Assembly: GCA_977017575.1 (NCBI GenBank)
Contig: CDRNVI010000059.1
Location: 415,113-479,112 of the forward strand
DNA: 64,000 nucleotides
Source of the DNA: Paramoeba atlantica
Lineage: Eukaryota; Protista; Discosea
Direction: 5' to 3'
Position numbers and translations under genes: made by a program. The notes under the pieces were generated by a model that was not told the origin of the DNA, made no database searches, and worked only from the letters and a program-made list of their open reading frames with translations. Position 1 is the first letter of the stretch; every line of letters begins with the position of its first letter. This document shows positions 34,401 through 49,400 of the stretch, piece after piece.

Positions 34401-37400
34401 AAAAAAACAAAGGTCTTCAAAAAAACAAAGGTCTTCAAAAAAACAAAGGTCTTCAAAAAAACAAAGGTCTTCAAAAAAACAAAGGTCTTCAAAAAAACAA
34501 AGGTCTTCAAAAAAACAAAGGTCTTCAAAAAAAAACAAAGGTCTTCAAAAAAACAAAGGTCTTCAAAAAAACAAAGGTCTTCAAAAAAACAAAGGTCTTC
34601 AAAAAAACAAAGGTCTTCAAAAAAACAAAGGTCTTCAAAAAAACAAAGGTCTTTAAAAAAAACAAAGGTCTTCAAAAAAACAAAGGTCTTCAAAAAAACA
34701 TAGGTCTTCAAAAAAACAAAGGTCTTCAAAAAAACAAAGGTCTTCAAAAAAAACAAAGGTCTTCAAAAAAACAAAGGTCTTCAAAAAAACAAAGGTCTTC
34801 AAAAAAACAAAGGTCTTCAAAAAAACAAAGGTCTTCAAAAAAAATAAAGGTCTTCAAAAAAACAAAGGTCTTCAAAAAAACAAAGGTCTTCAAAAAAACA
34901 AAGGTCTTCAAAAAAACAAAGGTCTTCAAAAAAACAAAGGTCTTCAAAAAAACAAAGGCCTTCAAAAAAACAAAGGTCTTCAAAAAAACAAAGGTCTTCA
35001 AAAAAACAAAGGTCGTCAAAAAACAAAGGTCTTCAAAAAAACAAAGGTCTTCAAAAAATCAAAGGTCTTCAAAAAAACAAAGGTCTTCAAAAAAACAAAG
35101 GTCTTCAAAAAAACAAAGGTCTTCAAAAAAACAAAGGTCTTCAAAAAAACAAAGGTCTTCAAAAAAACAAAGGTCGTCAAAAAACAAAGGTCTTCAAAAA
35201 AACAAAGGTCTTCAAAAAATCAAAGGTCTTCAAAAAAACAAAGGTCTTCAAAAAAACAAAGGTCTTCAAAAAAACAAAGGTCTTCAAAAAAACAAAGGTC
35301 TTCAAAAAAACAAAGGTCTTTAAAAAAAACAAAGGTCTTCAAAAAAACAAAGGTCTTCAAAAAAACAAAGCTCTTCAAAAAAACAAAGGTCTTCAAAAAA
35401 ACAAAGGTCTTCAAAAAACAAAGGTCTTTAAAAAAACAAAGGTCTTCAAAAAAACAAAGGTCTTCAAAAAAACAAAGGTCTTCAAAAAAACAGAGGTCTT
35501 CAAAAAAACAAAGGTCTTCAAAAAATCAAAGGTCTTCAAAAAATCAAAGGTCTTCAAAAAAACAAAGGTCTTCAAAAAAACAAAGGTCTTCAAAAAAACA
35601 AAGGTCTTCAAAAAAACAAAGGTCTTCAAAAAAACAAAGGTCTTCAAAAAAACAAAGGTCTTCAAAAAAACAAAGGTCTTCAAAAAAACAAAGGTCTTCA
35701 AAAAAACAAAGGTCTTCAAAAAAACAAAGGTCTTCAAAAAAACAAAGGTCTTCAAAAAAACAAAGGCCTTCAAAAAAACAAAGGTCTTCAAAAAAACAAA
35801 GGTCTTCAAAAAAACAAAGGTCTTCAAAAAAACAAAGGTCTTCAAAAAAACAAAGGTCTTCAAAAAAACAAAGGTCTTTAAAAAAAACAAAGGTCTTCAA
35901 AAAAAATAAAGGTCTTCAAAAAAACAAAGGTCTTCAAAAAAACAAAGGTCTTCAAAAAAACAAAGGTCTTCAAAAAAACAAAGGTCTTCAAAAAAACAAA
36001 GGTCTTCAAAAAAACAAAGGTCTTCAAAAAAACAAAGGTCTTTAAAAAAAACAAAGGTCTTCAAAAAAACAAAGGTCTTCAAAAAAACAAAGGTCTTCAA
36101 AAAATCAAAGGTCTTCAAAAAAACAAAGGTCTTCAAAAAAACAAAGGTCTTCAAAAAAACAAAGGTCTTCAAAAAAAACAAAGGTCTTCAAAAAAACAAA
36201 GGTCTTCAAAAAAACAAAGGTCTTCAAAAAAACAAAGGTCTTCAAAAAAACAAAGGTCTTCAAAAAAACAAAGGTCTTCAAAAAAACAAAGGTCTTCAAA
36301 AAAACGAAAGTCTTCAAAAAAACAAAGGTCTTCAAAAAAACAAAGGTTTTCAAAAAAACAAAGGTCTCCAAAAAAACAAGGGTCTTTAAAAAAAAAAGGG
36401 TCTTCAAAAAAACAAAGGTCTTTAAAAAAACAAAGGTCTTCAAAAAAACAAAAGTCTTCAAAAAAACAAAGGTCTTCAAAAAAACAAAGGTCTTCAAAAA
36501 AACAAAGGTCTTCAAAAAAGCAAAGGTCTTCAAAAAAACAAAGGTCTTCAAAAAACAAAGGTCTTCAAAAAAACAAAGGTCTTCAAAAAAACAAAGGTCT
36601 TCAAAAAAACAAAGGTCTTCAAAAAAACAAAGGTCTTCAAAAAAACAAAGGTCTTCAAAAAAACAAAGGTCTTCAAAAAAACAAAGGTCTTCAAAAAAAC
36701 AAAGGTCTTCAAAAAAACAAAGGTCTCCAAAAAAACAAAGGTCTTCAAAAAAACAAAGGTCTTCAAAAAAACAAAGGTCTTCAAAAAAAAAAAGGTCTTC
36801 AAAAAAACAAAGGTCTTCAAAAAAACAAAGGTCTTCAAAAAAACAAAGGTCTTCAAAAAAACAAAGGTCTTCAAAAAAACAAAGGTCTTCAAAAAAACAA
36901 AGGTCTTCAAAAAAACAAAGGTCTTCAAAAAAACAAAGGTCTTCAAAAAAACAAAGGTCTTCAAAAAAACAAAGGCCTTCAAAAAAACAAAGGTCTTCAA
37001 AAAAACAAAGGTCTTCAAAAAAACAAAGGTCTTCAAAAAAACAAAGGTCTTCAAAAAAACAAAGGTCTTCAAAAAAACAAAGGTCTTTAAAAAAAACAAA
37101 GGTCTTCAAAAAAAATAAAGGTCTTCAAAAAAACAAAGGTCTTCAAAAAAACAAAGGTCTTCAAAAAAACAAAGGTCTTCAAAAAAACAAAGGTCTTCAA
37201 AAAAACAAAGGTCTTCAAAAAAACAAAGGTCTTCAAAAAAACAAAGGTCTTTAAAAAAAACAAAGGTCTTCAAAAAAACAAAGGTCTTCAAAAAAACAAA
37301 GGTCTTCAAAAAATCAAAGGTCTTCAAAAAAACAAAGGTCTTCAAAAAAACAAAGGTCTTCAAAAAAACAAAGGTCTTCAAAAAAAACAAAGGTCTTCAA

Positions 37401-40400
37401 AAAAACAAAGGTCTTCAAAAAAACAAAGGTCTTCAAAAAAACAAAGGTCTTCAAAAAAACAAAGGTCTTCAAAAAAACAAAGGTCTTCAAAAAAACAAAG
37501 GTCTTCAAAAAAATAAAGGTCTTCAAAAAAACAAAGGTCTTCAAAAAAACAAAGGTCTTCAAAAAAACAAAGGTCTTCAAAAAAACAAGGGTCTTTAAAA
37601 AAAAAAGGGTCTTCAAAAAAACAAAGGTCTTTAAAAAAACAAAGGTCTTCAAAAAAACAAAAGTCTTCAAAAAAACAAAGGTCTTCAAAAAAACAAAGGT
37701 CTTCAAAAAAACAAAGGTCTTCAAAAAAGCAAAGGTCTTCAAAAAAACAAAGGTCTTCAAAAAACAAAGGTCTTCAAAAAAACAAAGGTCTTCAAAAAAA
37801 CAAAGGTCTTCAAAAAAACAAAGGTCTTCAAAAAAACAAAGGTCTTCAAAAAAACAAAGGTCTTCAAAAAAACAAAGGTCGTCAAAAAACAAAGGTCTTC
37901 AAAAAAACAAAGGTCTTCAAAAAAACAAAGGTCTTCAAAAAAACAAAGGTCTTCAAAAAAACAAAGGTCTTCAAAAAAACAAAGGTCTTCAAAAAAACAA
38001 AGGTCTTCAAAAAAACAAAGGTCTTCAAAAAAACAAAGGTCTTTAAAAAAAACAAAGGTCTTCAAAAAAACAAAGGTCTTCAAAAAAACAAAGGTCTTCA
38101 AAAAATCAAAGGTCTTCAAAAAAACAAAGGTCTTCAAAAAAACAAAGGTCTTCAAAAAAACAAAGGTCTTCAAAAAAAACAAAGGTCTTCAAAAAAACAA
38201 AGGTCTTCAAAAAAACAAAGGTCTTCAAAAAAACAAAGGTCTTCAAAAAAACAAAGGTCTTCAAAAAAACAAAGGTCTTCAAAAAAACAAAGGTCTTCAA
38301 AAAAACAAAGGTCTTCAAAAAAACAAAGGTCTTCAAAAAAACAAAGGTCTTCAAAAAAACAAAGGTCTTCAAAAAAACAAAGGTCTTCAAAAAAACAAAG
38401 GTCTTCAAAAAAACAAAGGTCTTCAAAAAAACAAAGGTCTTCAAAAAAACAAAGGTCTCCAAAAAAACAAAGGTCTTCAAAAAAACAAAGGTCTTCAAAA
38501 AAACAAAGGTCTTCAAAAAAAAAAAGGTCTTCAAAAAAACAAAGGTCTTCAAAAAAACAAAGGTCTTCAAAAAAACAAAGGTCTTCAAAAAAACAAAGGT
38601 CTTCAAAAAAACAAAGGTCTTCAAAAAAACAAAGGTCGTCAAAAAACAAAGGTCTTCAAAAAAACAAAGGTCTTCAAAAAAACAAAGGTCTTCAAAAAAA
38701 CAAAGGTCTTCAAAAAAACAAAGGTCTTCAAAAAAACAAAGGTCTTCAAAAAAACAAAGGTCTTCAAAAAAACAAAGGTCTTCAAAAAAACAAAGGTCTT
38801 TAAAAAAAACAAAGGTCTTCAAAAAAACAAAGGTCTTCAAAAAAACAAAGGTCTTCAAAAAATCAAAGGTCTTCAAAAAAACAAAGGTCTTCAAAAAAAC
38901 AAAGGTCTTCAAAAAAACAAAGGTCTTCAAAAAAAACAAAGGTCTTCAAAAAAACAAAGGTCTTCAAAAAAACAAAGGTCTTCAAAAAAACAAAGGTCTT
39001 CAAAAAAACAAAGGTCTTCAAAAAAACAAAGGTCTTCAAAAAAACAAAGGTCTTCAAAAAAACAAAGGTCTTCAAAAAAACAAAGGTCTTCAAAAAAACA
39101 AAGGTCTTCAAAAAAACAAAGGTCTTCAAAAAAACAAAGGTCTTCAAAAAAACAAAGGTCTTCAAAAAAACAAAGGTCTTCAAAAAAACAAAGGTCTTCA
39201 AAAAAACAAAGGTCTTCAAAAAAACAAAGGTCTTCAAAAAAACAAAGGTCTTCAAAAAAACAAAGGCCTTCAAAAAAACAAAGGTCTTCAAAAAAACAAA
39301 GGTCTTCAAAAAAACAAAGGTCTTCAAAAAAACAAAGGTCTTCAAAAAAACAAAGGTCTTCAAAAAAACAAAGGTCTTTAAAAAAAACAAAGGTCTTCAA
39401 AAAAAATAAAGGTCTTCAAAAAAACAAAGGTCTTCAAAAAAACAAAGGTCTTCAAAAAAACAAAGGTCTTCAAAAAAACAAAGGTCTTCAAAAAAACAAA
39501 GGTCTTCAAAAAAACAAAGGTCTTCAAAAAAACAAAGGTCTTTAAAAAAAACAAAGGTCTTCAAAAAAACAAAGGTCTTCAAAAAAACAAAGGTCTTCAA
39601 AAAATCAAAGGTCTTCAAAAAAACAAAGGTCTTCAAAAAAACAAAGGTCTTCAAAAAAACAAAGGTCTTCAAAAAAAACAAAGGTCTTCAAAAAAACAAA
39701 GGTCTTCAAAAAAACAAAGGTCTTCAAAAAAACAAAGGTCTTCAAAAAAACAAAGGTCTTCAAAAAAACAAAGGTCTTCAAAAAAACAAAGGTCTTCAAA
39801 AAAACGAAAGTCTTCAAAAAAACAAAGGTCTTCAAAAAAACAAAGGTTTTCAAAAAAACAAAGGTCTCCAAAAAAACAAAGGTCTTCAAAAAAACAAAGG
39901 TCTTCAAAAAAACAAAGGTCTTCAAAAAAACAAAGGTCTTTAAAAAAAACAAAGGTCTTCAAAAAAACAAAGGTCTTCAAAAAAACAAAGGTCTTCAAAA
40001 AAACAAAGGTCTTCAAAAAAACAAAGGTCTTCAAAAAAATAAAGGTCTTCAAAAAAACAAAGGTCTTCAAAAAAACAAAGGTCTTCAAAAAAACAAAGGT
40101 CTTCAAAAAAACAAGGGTCTTTAAAAAAAAAAGGGTCTTCAAAAAAACAAAGGTCTTCAAAAAAACAAAGGTCTTCAAAAAAACAAAGGTCTTCAAAAAA
40201 AACAAAGGTCTTCAAAAAAACAAAGGTCTTCAAAAAAACAAAGGTCTTCAAAAAAACAAAGGTCTTCAAAAAAACAAAGGTCTTCAAAAAAATAAAGGTC
40301 TTCAAAAAAACAAAGGTCTTCAAAAAAACAAAGGTCTTCAAAAAAACAAAGGTCTTCAAAAAAACAAAGGTCTTCAAAAAAACAAAGGTCTTCAAAAAAA

Positions 40401-43400
40401 ACAAAGGTCTTCAAAAAAACAAAGGTCTTCAAAAAAACAAAGGTCTTCAAAAAAACAAAGGTCTTCAAAAAAACAAAGGTCTTCAAAAAAAATAAAGGTC
40501 TTCAAAAAAACAAAGGTCTTCAAAAAAACAAAGGTCTTCAAAAAAACAAAGGTCTTCAAAAAAACAAAGGTCTTCAAAAAAACAAAGGTCTTCAAAAAAA
40601 CAAAGGCCTTCAAAAAAACAAAGGTCTTCAAAAAAACAAAGGTCTTCAAAAAAACAAAGGTCGTCAAAAAACAAAGGTCTTCAAAAAAACAAAGGTCTTC
40701 AAAAAATCAAAGGTCTTCAAAAAAACAAAGGTCTTCAAAAAAACAAAGGTCTTCAAAAAAACAAAGGTCTTCAAAAAAACAAAGGTCTTCAAAAAAACAA
40801 AGGTCTTCAAAAAAACAAAGGTCTTCAAAAAAAAACAAAGGTCTTCAAAAAAACAAAGGTCTTCAAAAAAACAGAGGTCTTCAAAAAAACAAAGGTCTTC
40901 AAAAAAACAAAGGTCTTCAAAAAAACAAAGGTCTTTAAAAAAAACAAAGGTCTTCAAAAAAACAAAGGTCTTCAAAAAAACAAAGGTCTTCAAAAAAACA
41001 GAGGTCTTCAAAAAAACAAAGGACTTCAAAAAAATAAAGGTCTTCGAAAAAACAAAGGTCTTCAAAAAAACAAAGGTCTTCAAAAAAACAAAGGTCTTCA
41101 AAAAAACAAAGGTCTTCAAAAAAAAACAAAGGTCTTCAAAAAAACAAAGGTCTTCAAAAAAACAAAGGTCTTCAAAAAAACAAAGGTCTTCAAAAAAACA
41201 AAGGTCTTCAAAAAAACAAAGGTCTTCAAAAAAACAAAGGTCTTCAAAAAAACAAAGGTCTTCAAAAAAACAAAGGTCTTCAAAAAAACAAAGGTCTTCA
41301 AAAAATCAAAGGTCTTCAAAAAATCAAAGGTCTTCAAAAAAACAAAGGTCTTTAAAAAAAACAAAGGTCTTCAAAAAAACAAAGGTCTTCAAAAAAACAA
41401 AGGTCTTCAAAAAAACAAAGGTCTTCAAAAAAACAAAGGTCTTCAAAAAAACAAAGGTCTTCAAAAAAACAAAGGTCTTCAAAAAAACAAAGGTCTTCAA
41501 AAAAACAAAGGTCTTCAAAAAAACAAAGGTCTTCAAAAAAACAAAGGTCTTCAAAAAAAGAAAGGTCTTCAAAAAAACAAAGGTCTTTAAAAAAACAAAG
41601 GTCTTCAAAAAAACAAAGGTCTTCAAAAAAACAAAGGTCTTCAAAAAAACAAAGGTCTTCAAAAAAACAAAGGTCTTCAAAAAAACAAAGGTCTTCAAAA
41701 AAACAAAGGTCTTCAAAAAAACAAAGGTCTTCAAAAAAACAAAGGTCTTCAAAAAAACAAAGGTCTTCAAAAAAACAAAGGTCTTTAAAAAAAACAAAGG
41801 TCTTCAAAAAAACAAAGGTCTTCAAAAAAAACAAAGGTCTTCAAAAAATCAAAGGTCTTCAAAAAAACAAAGGTCTTCAAAAAAACAAAGGTCTTCAAAA
41901 AAACAAAGGTCTTCAAAAAAAACAAAGGTCTTCAAAAAAACAAAGGTCTTCAAAAAAACAAAGGTCTTCAAAAAAACAAAGGTCTTCAAAAAAACAAAGG
42001 TCTTCAAAAAAACAAAGGTCTTCAAAAAAACAAAGGTCTTCAAAAAAACAAAGGTCTTCAAAAAAACAAAGGTCTTCAAAAAAACAAAGGTCTTCAAAAA
42101 AACAAAGGTCTTCAAAAAAACAAAGGTCTTTAAAAAAAACAAAGGTCTTCAAAAAAACACAGGTCTTCAAAAAAACAAAGGTCTTCAAAAAAACAAAGGT
42201 CTTCAAAAAAACAAAGGTTTTCAAAAAAACAAAGGTCTCCAAAAAAACAAAGGTCTTCAAAAAAACAAAGGTCTTCAAAAAAACAAAGGTCTTCAAAAAA
42301 ACAAAGGTCTTCAAAAAAACAAAGGTCTTCAAAAAAACAAAGGTCTTCAAAAAAACAAAGGTCTTCAAAAAAACAAAGGTCTTCAAAAAAACAAAGGTCT
42401 TCAAAAAAACAAAGGTCTTCAAAAAAACAATGGTCTTCAAAAAAACAAAGGTCTTTAAAAAAAAACAAAGGTCTTCAAAAAAACAAAGGTCTTCAAAAAA
42501 ACAAGGGTCTTCAAAAAAACAAAGGTCTTCAAAAAAACAAAGGTCTTCAAAAAAAACAAAGGTCTTCAAAAAAACAGAGGTCTTCAAAAAAACAAAGGTC
42601 TTCAAAAAAACAAAGGTCTTCAAAAAAACAAAGGTCTTCAAAAAAACAAAGGTCTTCAAAAAAACAAAGGTCTTCAAAAAAACAAAGGTCTTCAAAAAAA
42701 AAAAGGTCTTCAAAAAAACAAAGGTCTTCAAAAAAACAAAGGTCTTCAAAAAAATAAAGGTCTTCAAAAAAACAAAGGTCTTCAAAAAAACAAAGGTCTT
42801 CAAAAAAACAAAGGTCTTCAAAAAAAAAAAGGTCTTCAAAAAAACAAAGGTCTTCAAAAAAACAAAGGCCTTCAAAAAAACAAAGGTCTTCAAAAAAACA
42901 AAGGTCTTCAAAAAAACAAAGGTCGTCAAAAAACAAAGGTCTTCAAAAAAACAAAGGTCTTCAAAAAATCAAAGGTCTTCAAAAAAACAAAGGTCTTCAA
43001 AAAAAGAAAGGTCTTCAAAAAAACAAAGGTCTTCGAAAAAACAAAGGTCTTCAAAAAAACAAAGGTCTTCAAAAAAACAAAGGTCTTCAAAAAAAAACAA
43101 AGGTCTTCAAAAAAACAAAGGTCTTCAAAAAAACAAAGGTCTTCAAAAAAACAAAGGTCTTCAAAAAAACAAAGGTCTTCAAAAAAACAAAGGTCTTCAA
43201 AAAAATAAAGGTCTTCAAAAAAACAAAGGTCTTCAAAAAAACAAAGGTCTTCAAAAAAACAAAGGTCTTCAAAAAAACAAGGGTCTTCAAAAAAAATAAA
43301 GGTCTTCAAAAAAACAAAGGTCTTCAAAAAAAAACAAAGGTCTTCAAAAAAAAACAAAGGTCTTCAAAAAAACAAAGGTCTTCAAAAAAACAAAGGTCTT

Positions 43401-46400
43401 CAAAAAAACCAAGGTCTTCAAAAAAAGAAAGGTCTTCCAAAAAACAAAGGTCTTCAAAAAAACAAAGGTCTTCAAAAAAACAAAGGTCTTCAAAAAAACA
43501 AAGGTCTTTAAAAAAAACAAAGGTCTTCAAAAAAACAAAGGTCTTCAAAAAAACAAAGGTCTTCAAAAAAACAAAGGTTTTCAAAAAAACAAAGGTCTTC
43601 TAAAAAACAAAGGTCTTCAAAAAAACAAAGGTCTTCAAAAAAACAAAGGTCTTCAAAAAAACAAAGGTCTTCAAAAAAACAAAGGTCTTCAAAAAAACAA
43701 AGGTCTTCAAAAAAACAAAGGTCGTCAAAAAACAAAGCTCTTCAAAAAAACAAAGCTCTTCAAAAAAACAAAGGTCTTCAAAAAAACAAAGGTCTTCAAA
43801 AAAACAAAGGTCTTTAAAAAAACAAAGGTCTTCAAAAAAACAAAGGTCTTCAAAAAAATAAAGGTCTTCAAAAAAACAAAGGTCTTCAAAAAAACAAAGG
43901 TCTTCAAAAAAACAAAGGTCTTCAAAAAAAAAAAGGTCTTCAAAAAAACAAAGGTCTTCAAAAAAACAAAGGCCTTCAAAAAAACAAAGGTCTTCAAAAA
44001 AACAAAGGTCTTCAAAAAAACAAAGGTCGTCAAAAAACAAAGGTCTTCAAAAAAACAAAGGTCTTCAAAAAATCAAAGGTCTTCAAAAAAACAAAGGTCT
44101 TCAAAAAAAGAAAGGTCTTCAAAAAAACAAAGGTCTTCGAAAAAACAAAGGTCTTCAAAAAAACAAAGGTCTTCAAAAAAACAAAGGTCTTCAAAAAAAA
44201 ACAAAGGTCTTCAAAAAAACAAAGGTCTTCAAAAAAACAAAGGTCTTCAAAAAAACAAAGGTCTTCAAAAAAACAAAGGTCTTCAAAAAAACAAAGGTCT
44301 TCAAAAAAATAAAGGTCTTCAAAAAAACAAAGGTCTTCAAAAAAACAAAGGTCTTCAAAAAAACAAAGGTCTTCAAAAAAACAAGGGTCTTCAAAAAAAA
44401 TAAAGGTCTTCAAAAAAACAAAGGTCTTCAAAAAAAAACAAAGGTCTTCAAAAAAAAACAAAGGTCTTCAAAAAAACAAAGGTCTTCAAAAAAACAAAGG
44501 TCTTCAAAAAAACCAAGGTCTTCAAAAAAAGAAAGGTCTTCCAAAAAACAAAGGTCTTCAAAAAAACAAAGGTCTTCAAAAAAACAAAGGTCTTCAAAAA
44601 AACAAAGGTCTTTAAAAAAAACAAAGGTCTTCAAAAAAACAAAGGTCTTCAAAAAAACAAAGGTCTTCAAAAAAACAAAGGTTTTCAAAAAAACAAAGGT
44701 CTTCTAAAAAACAAAGGTCTTCAAAAAAACAAAGGTCTTCAAAAAAACAAAGGTCTTCAAAAAAACAAAGGTCTTCAAAAAAACAAAGGTCTTCAAAAAA
44801 ACAAAGGTCTTCAAAAAAACAAAGGTCGTCAAAAAACAAAGCTCTTCAAAAAAACAAAGCTCTTCAAAAAAACAAAGGTCTTCAAAAAAACAAAGGTCTT
44901 CAAAAAAACAAAGGTCTTTAAAAAAACAAAGGTCTTCAAAAAAACAAAGGTCTTCAAAAAAACAAAGGTCTTCAAAAAAACAAAGGTCTTCAAAAAAACA
45001 AAGGTCTTCAAAAAATCAAAGGTCTTCAAAAAATCAAAGGTCTTCAAAAAAAACAAAGGTCTTCAAAAAAACAAAGGTCTTCAAAAAAACAAAGGTCTTC
45101 AAAAAAACAAAGGTCTTCAAAAAAACAAAGGTCTTCAAAAAAACAAAGGTCTTCAAAAAACAAAGGTCTTCAAAAAAACAAAGGTCTTCAAAAAAACAAA
45201 GGTCTTTAAAAAAAACAAAGGTCTTCAAAAAAACAAAGGTCTTCAAAAAAACAAAGGTCTTCAAAAAAACAAAGGTCTTCAAAAAAACAAAGGTCTTCAA
45301 AAAAACAAAGGTCTTCAAAAAAACAAAGGTCTTCAAAAAAACAAAGGTCTTCAAAAAAAACAAAGGTCTTCAAAAAAACAAAGGTCTTCAAAAAAACAAA
45401 GGTCTTCAAAAAAACAAAGGTCTTCAAAAAAACAAAGGTCTTCAAAAAAACAAAGGTCTTCAAAAAAAATAAAGGTCTTCAAAAAAACAAAGGTCTTCAA
45501 AAAAACAAAGGTCTTCAAAAAAACAAAGGTCTTCAAAAAAAAAAAGGTCTTCAAAAAAACAAAGGTCTTCAAAAAAACAAAGGCCTTCAAAAAAACAAAG
45601 GTCTTCAAAAAAACAAAGGTCTTCAAAAAAACAAAGGTCGTCAAAAAACAAAGGTCTTCAAAAAAACAAAGGTCTTCAAAAAAACAAAGGTCTTCAAAAA
45701 AACAAAGGTCTTCAAAAAAAAACAAAGGTCTTCAAAAAAACAAAGGTCTTCAAAAAAACAAAGGTCTTCAAAAAAACAAAGGTCTTCAAAAAAACAAAGG
45801 TCTTCAAAAAAACAAAGGTCTTTAAAAAAAACAAAGGTCTTCAAAAAAACAAAGGTCTTCAAAAAAACAAAGGTCTTCAAAAAAACAAAGGTCTTCAAAA
45901 AAATAAAGGTCTTCAAAAAAACAAAGGTCTTCAAAAAAACAAAGGTCTTCAAAAAAACAAAGGTCTTCAAAAAAACAAGGGTCTTCAAAAAAAATAAAGG
46001 TCTTCAAAAAAACAAAGGTCTTCAAAAAAAAACAAAGGTCTTCAAAAAAAAACAAAGGTCTTCAAAAAAACAAAGGTCTTCAAAAAAACCAAGGTCTTCA
46101 AAAAAAGAAAGGTCTTCCAAAAAACAAAGGTCTTCAAAAAAACAAAGGTCTTCAAAAAAACAAAGGTCTTCAAAAAAACAAAGGTCTTTAAAAAAAACAA
46201 AGGTCTTCAAAAAAACAAAGGTCTTCAAAAAAACAAAGCTCTTCAAAAAAACAAAGCTCTTCAAAAAAACAAAGGTCTTCAAAAAAACAAAGGTCTTCAA
46301 AAAAACAAAGGTCTTTAAAAAAACAAAGGTCTTCAAAAAAACAAAGGTCTTCAAAAAAACAAAGGTCTTCAAAAAAACAAAGGTCTTCAAAAAAACAAAG

Positions 46401-49400
46401 GTCTTCAAAAAATCAAAGGTCTTCAAAAAATCAAAGGTCTTCAAAAAAAACAAAGGTCTTCAAAAAAACAAAGGTCTTCAAAAAAACAAAGGTCTTCAAA
46501 AAAACAAAGGTCTTCAAAAAAACAAAGGTCTTCAAAAAAACAAAGGTCTTCAAAAAACAAAGGTCTTCAAAAAAACAAAGGTCTTCAAAAAAACAAAGGT
46601 CTTTAAAAAAAACAAAGGTCTTCAAAAAAACAAAGGTCTTCAAAAAAACAAAGGTCTTCAAAAAAACAAAGGTCTTCAAAAAAACAAAGGTCTTCAAAAA
46701 AACAAAGGTCTTCAAAAAAACAAAGGTCTTCAAAAAAACAAAGGTCTTCAAAAAAAACAAAGGTCTTCAAAAAAACAAAGGTCTTCAAAAAAACAAAGGT
46801 CTTCAAAAAAACAAAGGTCTTCAAAAAAACAAAGGTCTTCAAAAAAACAAAGGTCTTCAAAAAAAATAAAGGTCTTCAAAAAAACAAAGGTCTTCAAAAA
46901 AACAAAGGTCTTCAAAAAAACAAAGGTCTTCAAAAAAAAAAAGGTCTTCAAAAAAACAAAGGTCTTCAAAAAAACAAAGGCCTTCAAAAAAACAAAGGTC
47001 GTCAAAAAACAAAGGTCTTCAAAAAAACAAAGGTCTTCAAAAAAACAAAGGTCTTCAAAAAAACAAAGGTCTTCAAAAAAAAACAAAGGTCTTCAAAAAA
47101 ACAAAGGTCTTCAAAAAAACAAAGGTCTTCAAAAAAACAAAGGTCTTCAAAAAAACAAAGGTCTTCAAAAAAACAAAGGTCTTTAAAAAAAACAAAGGTC
47201 TTCAAAAAAACAAAGGTCTTCAAAAAAACAAAGGTCTTCAAAAAAACAAAGGTCTTCAAAAAAATAAAGGTCTTCAAAAAAACAAAGGTCTTCAAAAAAA
47301 CAAAGGTCTTCAAAAAAACAAAGGTCTTCAAAAAAACAAGGGTCTTCAAAAAAAATAAAGGTCTTCAAAAAAACAAAGGTCTTCAAAAAAAAACAAAGGT
47401 CTTCAAAAAAAAACAAAGGTCTTCAAAAAAACAAAGGTCTTCAAAAAAACAAAGGTCTTCAAAAAAACCAAGGTCTTCAAAAAAAGAAAGGTCTTCAAAA
47501 AAACAAAGGTCTTCAAAAAAACAAAGGTCTTCAAAAAAACAAAGGTCTTCAAAAAAACAAAGGTCTTTAAAAAAAACAAAGGTCTTCAAAAAAACAAAGG
47601 TCTTCAAAAAAACAAAGCTCTTCAAAAAAACAAAGCTCTTCAAAAAAACAAAGGTCTTCAAAAAAACAAAGGTCTTCAAAAAAACAAAGGTCTTTAAAAA
47701 AACAAAGGTCTTCAAAAAAACAAAGGTCTTCAAAAAAACAAAGGTCTTCAAAAAAACAAAGGTCTTCAAAAAAACAAAGGTCTTCAAAAAATCAAAGGTC
47801 TTCAAAAAATCAAAGGTCTTCAAAAAAAACAAAGGTCTTCAAAAAAACAAAGGTCTTCAAAAAAACAAAGGTCTTCAAAAAAACAAAGGTCTTCAAAAAA
47901 ACAAAGGTCTTCAAAAAAACAAAGGTCTTCAAAAAACAAAGGTCTTCAAAAAAACAAAGGTCTTCAAAAAAACAAAGGTCTTTAAAAAAAACAAAGGTCT
48001 TCAAAAAAACAAAGGTCTTCAAAAAAACAAAGGTCTTCAAAAAAACAAAGGTCTTCAAAAAAACAAAGGTCTTTAAAAAAAACAAAGGTCTTCAAAAAAA
48101 CAAAGGTCTTCAAAAAAACAAAGGTCTTCAAAAAAACAAAGGTCTTCAAAAAAACAAAGGTCTTCAAAAAAACAAAGGTCTTCAAAAAAACAAAGGTCTT
48201 CAAAAAAACAAAGGTCTTCAAAAAATCAAAGGTCTTCAAAAAAACAAAGGTCTTCAAAAAAACAAAGGTCTTCAAAAAAACAAAGGTCTTCAAAAAAACA
48301 AAGGTCTTTAAAAAAAACAAAGGTCTTCAAAAAAACAAAGGTCTTCAAAAAAACAAAGGTCTTCAAAAACACAAAGGTCTTCAAAAAAACAAAGGTCTCC
48401 AAAAAAACAAAGGTCTTCAAAAAAACAAAGGTCTTCAAAAAAACAACGGTCTTCAAAAAAACAAAGGTCTTCAAAAAAACAAAGGTCTTTAAAAAAAACA
48501 AAGGTCTTCAAAAAAACAAAGGTCTTCAAAAAAACAAAGGTCTTCAAAAAAACAAAGGTCTTCAAAAAAACAAAGGTCTTCAAAAAAACAAAGGTCTTCA
48601 AAAAAACAAAGGTCTTCAAAAAAACAAAGGTCTTCAAAAAAAGAAAGGTCTTCAAAAAAACAAAGGTCTTCAAAAAAACAAAGGTCTTCAAAAAAACAAA
48701 GGTCTTCAAAAAAACAAAGGTCTTCAAAAAAACAAAGGTCTTCAAAAAAACAAAGGTCTTCAAAAAAACAAAGGTCTTCAAAAAAACAAAGGTCTTCAAA
48801 AAAACAAACGTCTTCAAAAAAACAAAGGTCTTTAAAAAAAACAAAGGTCTTCAAAAAAACAAAGGTCTTCAAAAAAACAAAGGTCTTCAAAAAAACAAAG
48901 GTTTTCAAAAAAACAGAGGTCTCCAAAAAAACAAAGGTCTTCAAAAAAACAAAGGTCTTCAAAAAAACAAAGGTCTTCAAAAAAACAAAGGTCTTCAAAA
49001 AAACAAAGGTCTTCAAAAAAACAAAGGTCTTCAAAAAAACAAAGGTCTTCAAAAAAACAAAGGTCTTCAAAAAAACAAAGGTCTTTAAAAAAAACAAAGG
49101 TCTTCAAAAAAACAAAGGTCTTCAAAAAAACAAAGGTCTTCAAAAAAACAAAGGTCTTCAAAAAAACAAAGGTCTTCAAAAAAACAACGGTCTTCAAAAA
49201 AACAAAGGTCTTCAAAAAAACAAAGGTCTTTAAAAAAAACAAAGGTCTTCAAAAAAACAAAGGTCTTCAAAAAAACAAAGGTCTTCAAAAAAACAAAGGT
49301 CTTCAAAAAAACAAAGGTCTTCAAAAAAACAAAGGTCTTCAAAAAAACAAAGGTCTTCAAAAAAACAAAGGTCTTCAAAAAAACAAAGGTCTTCAAAAAA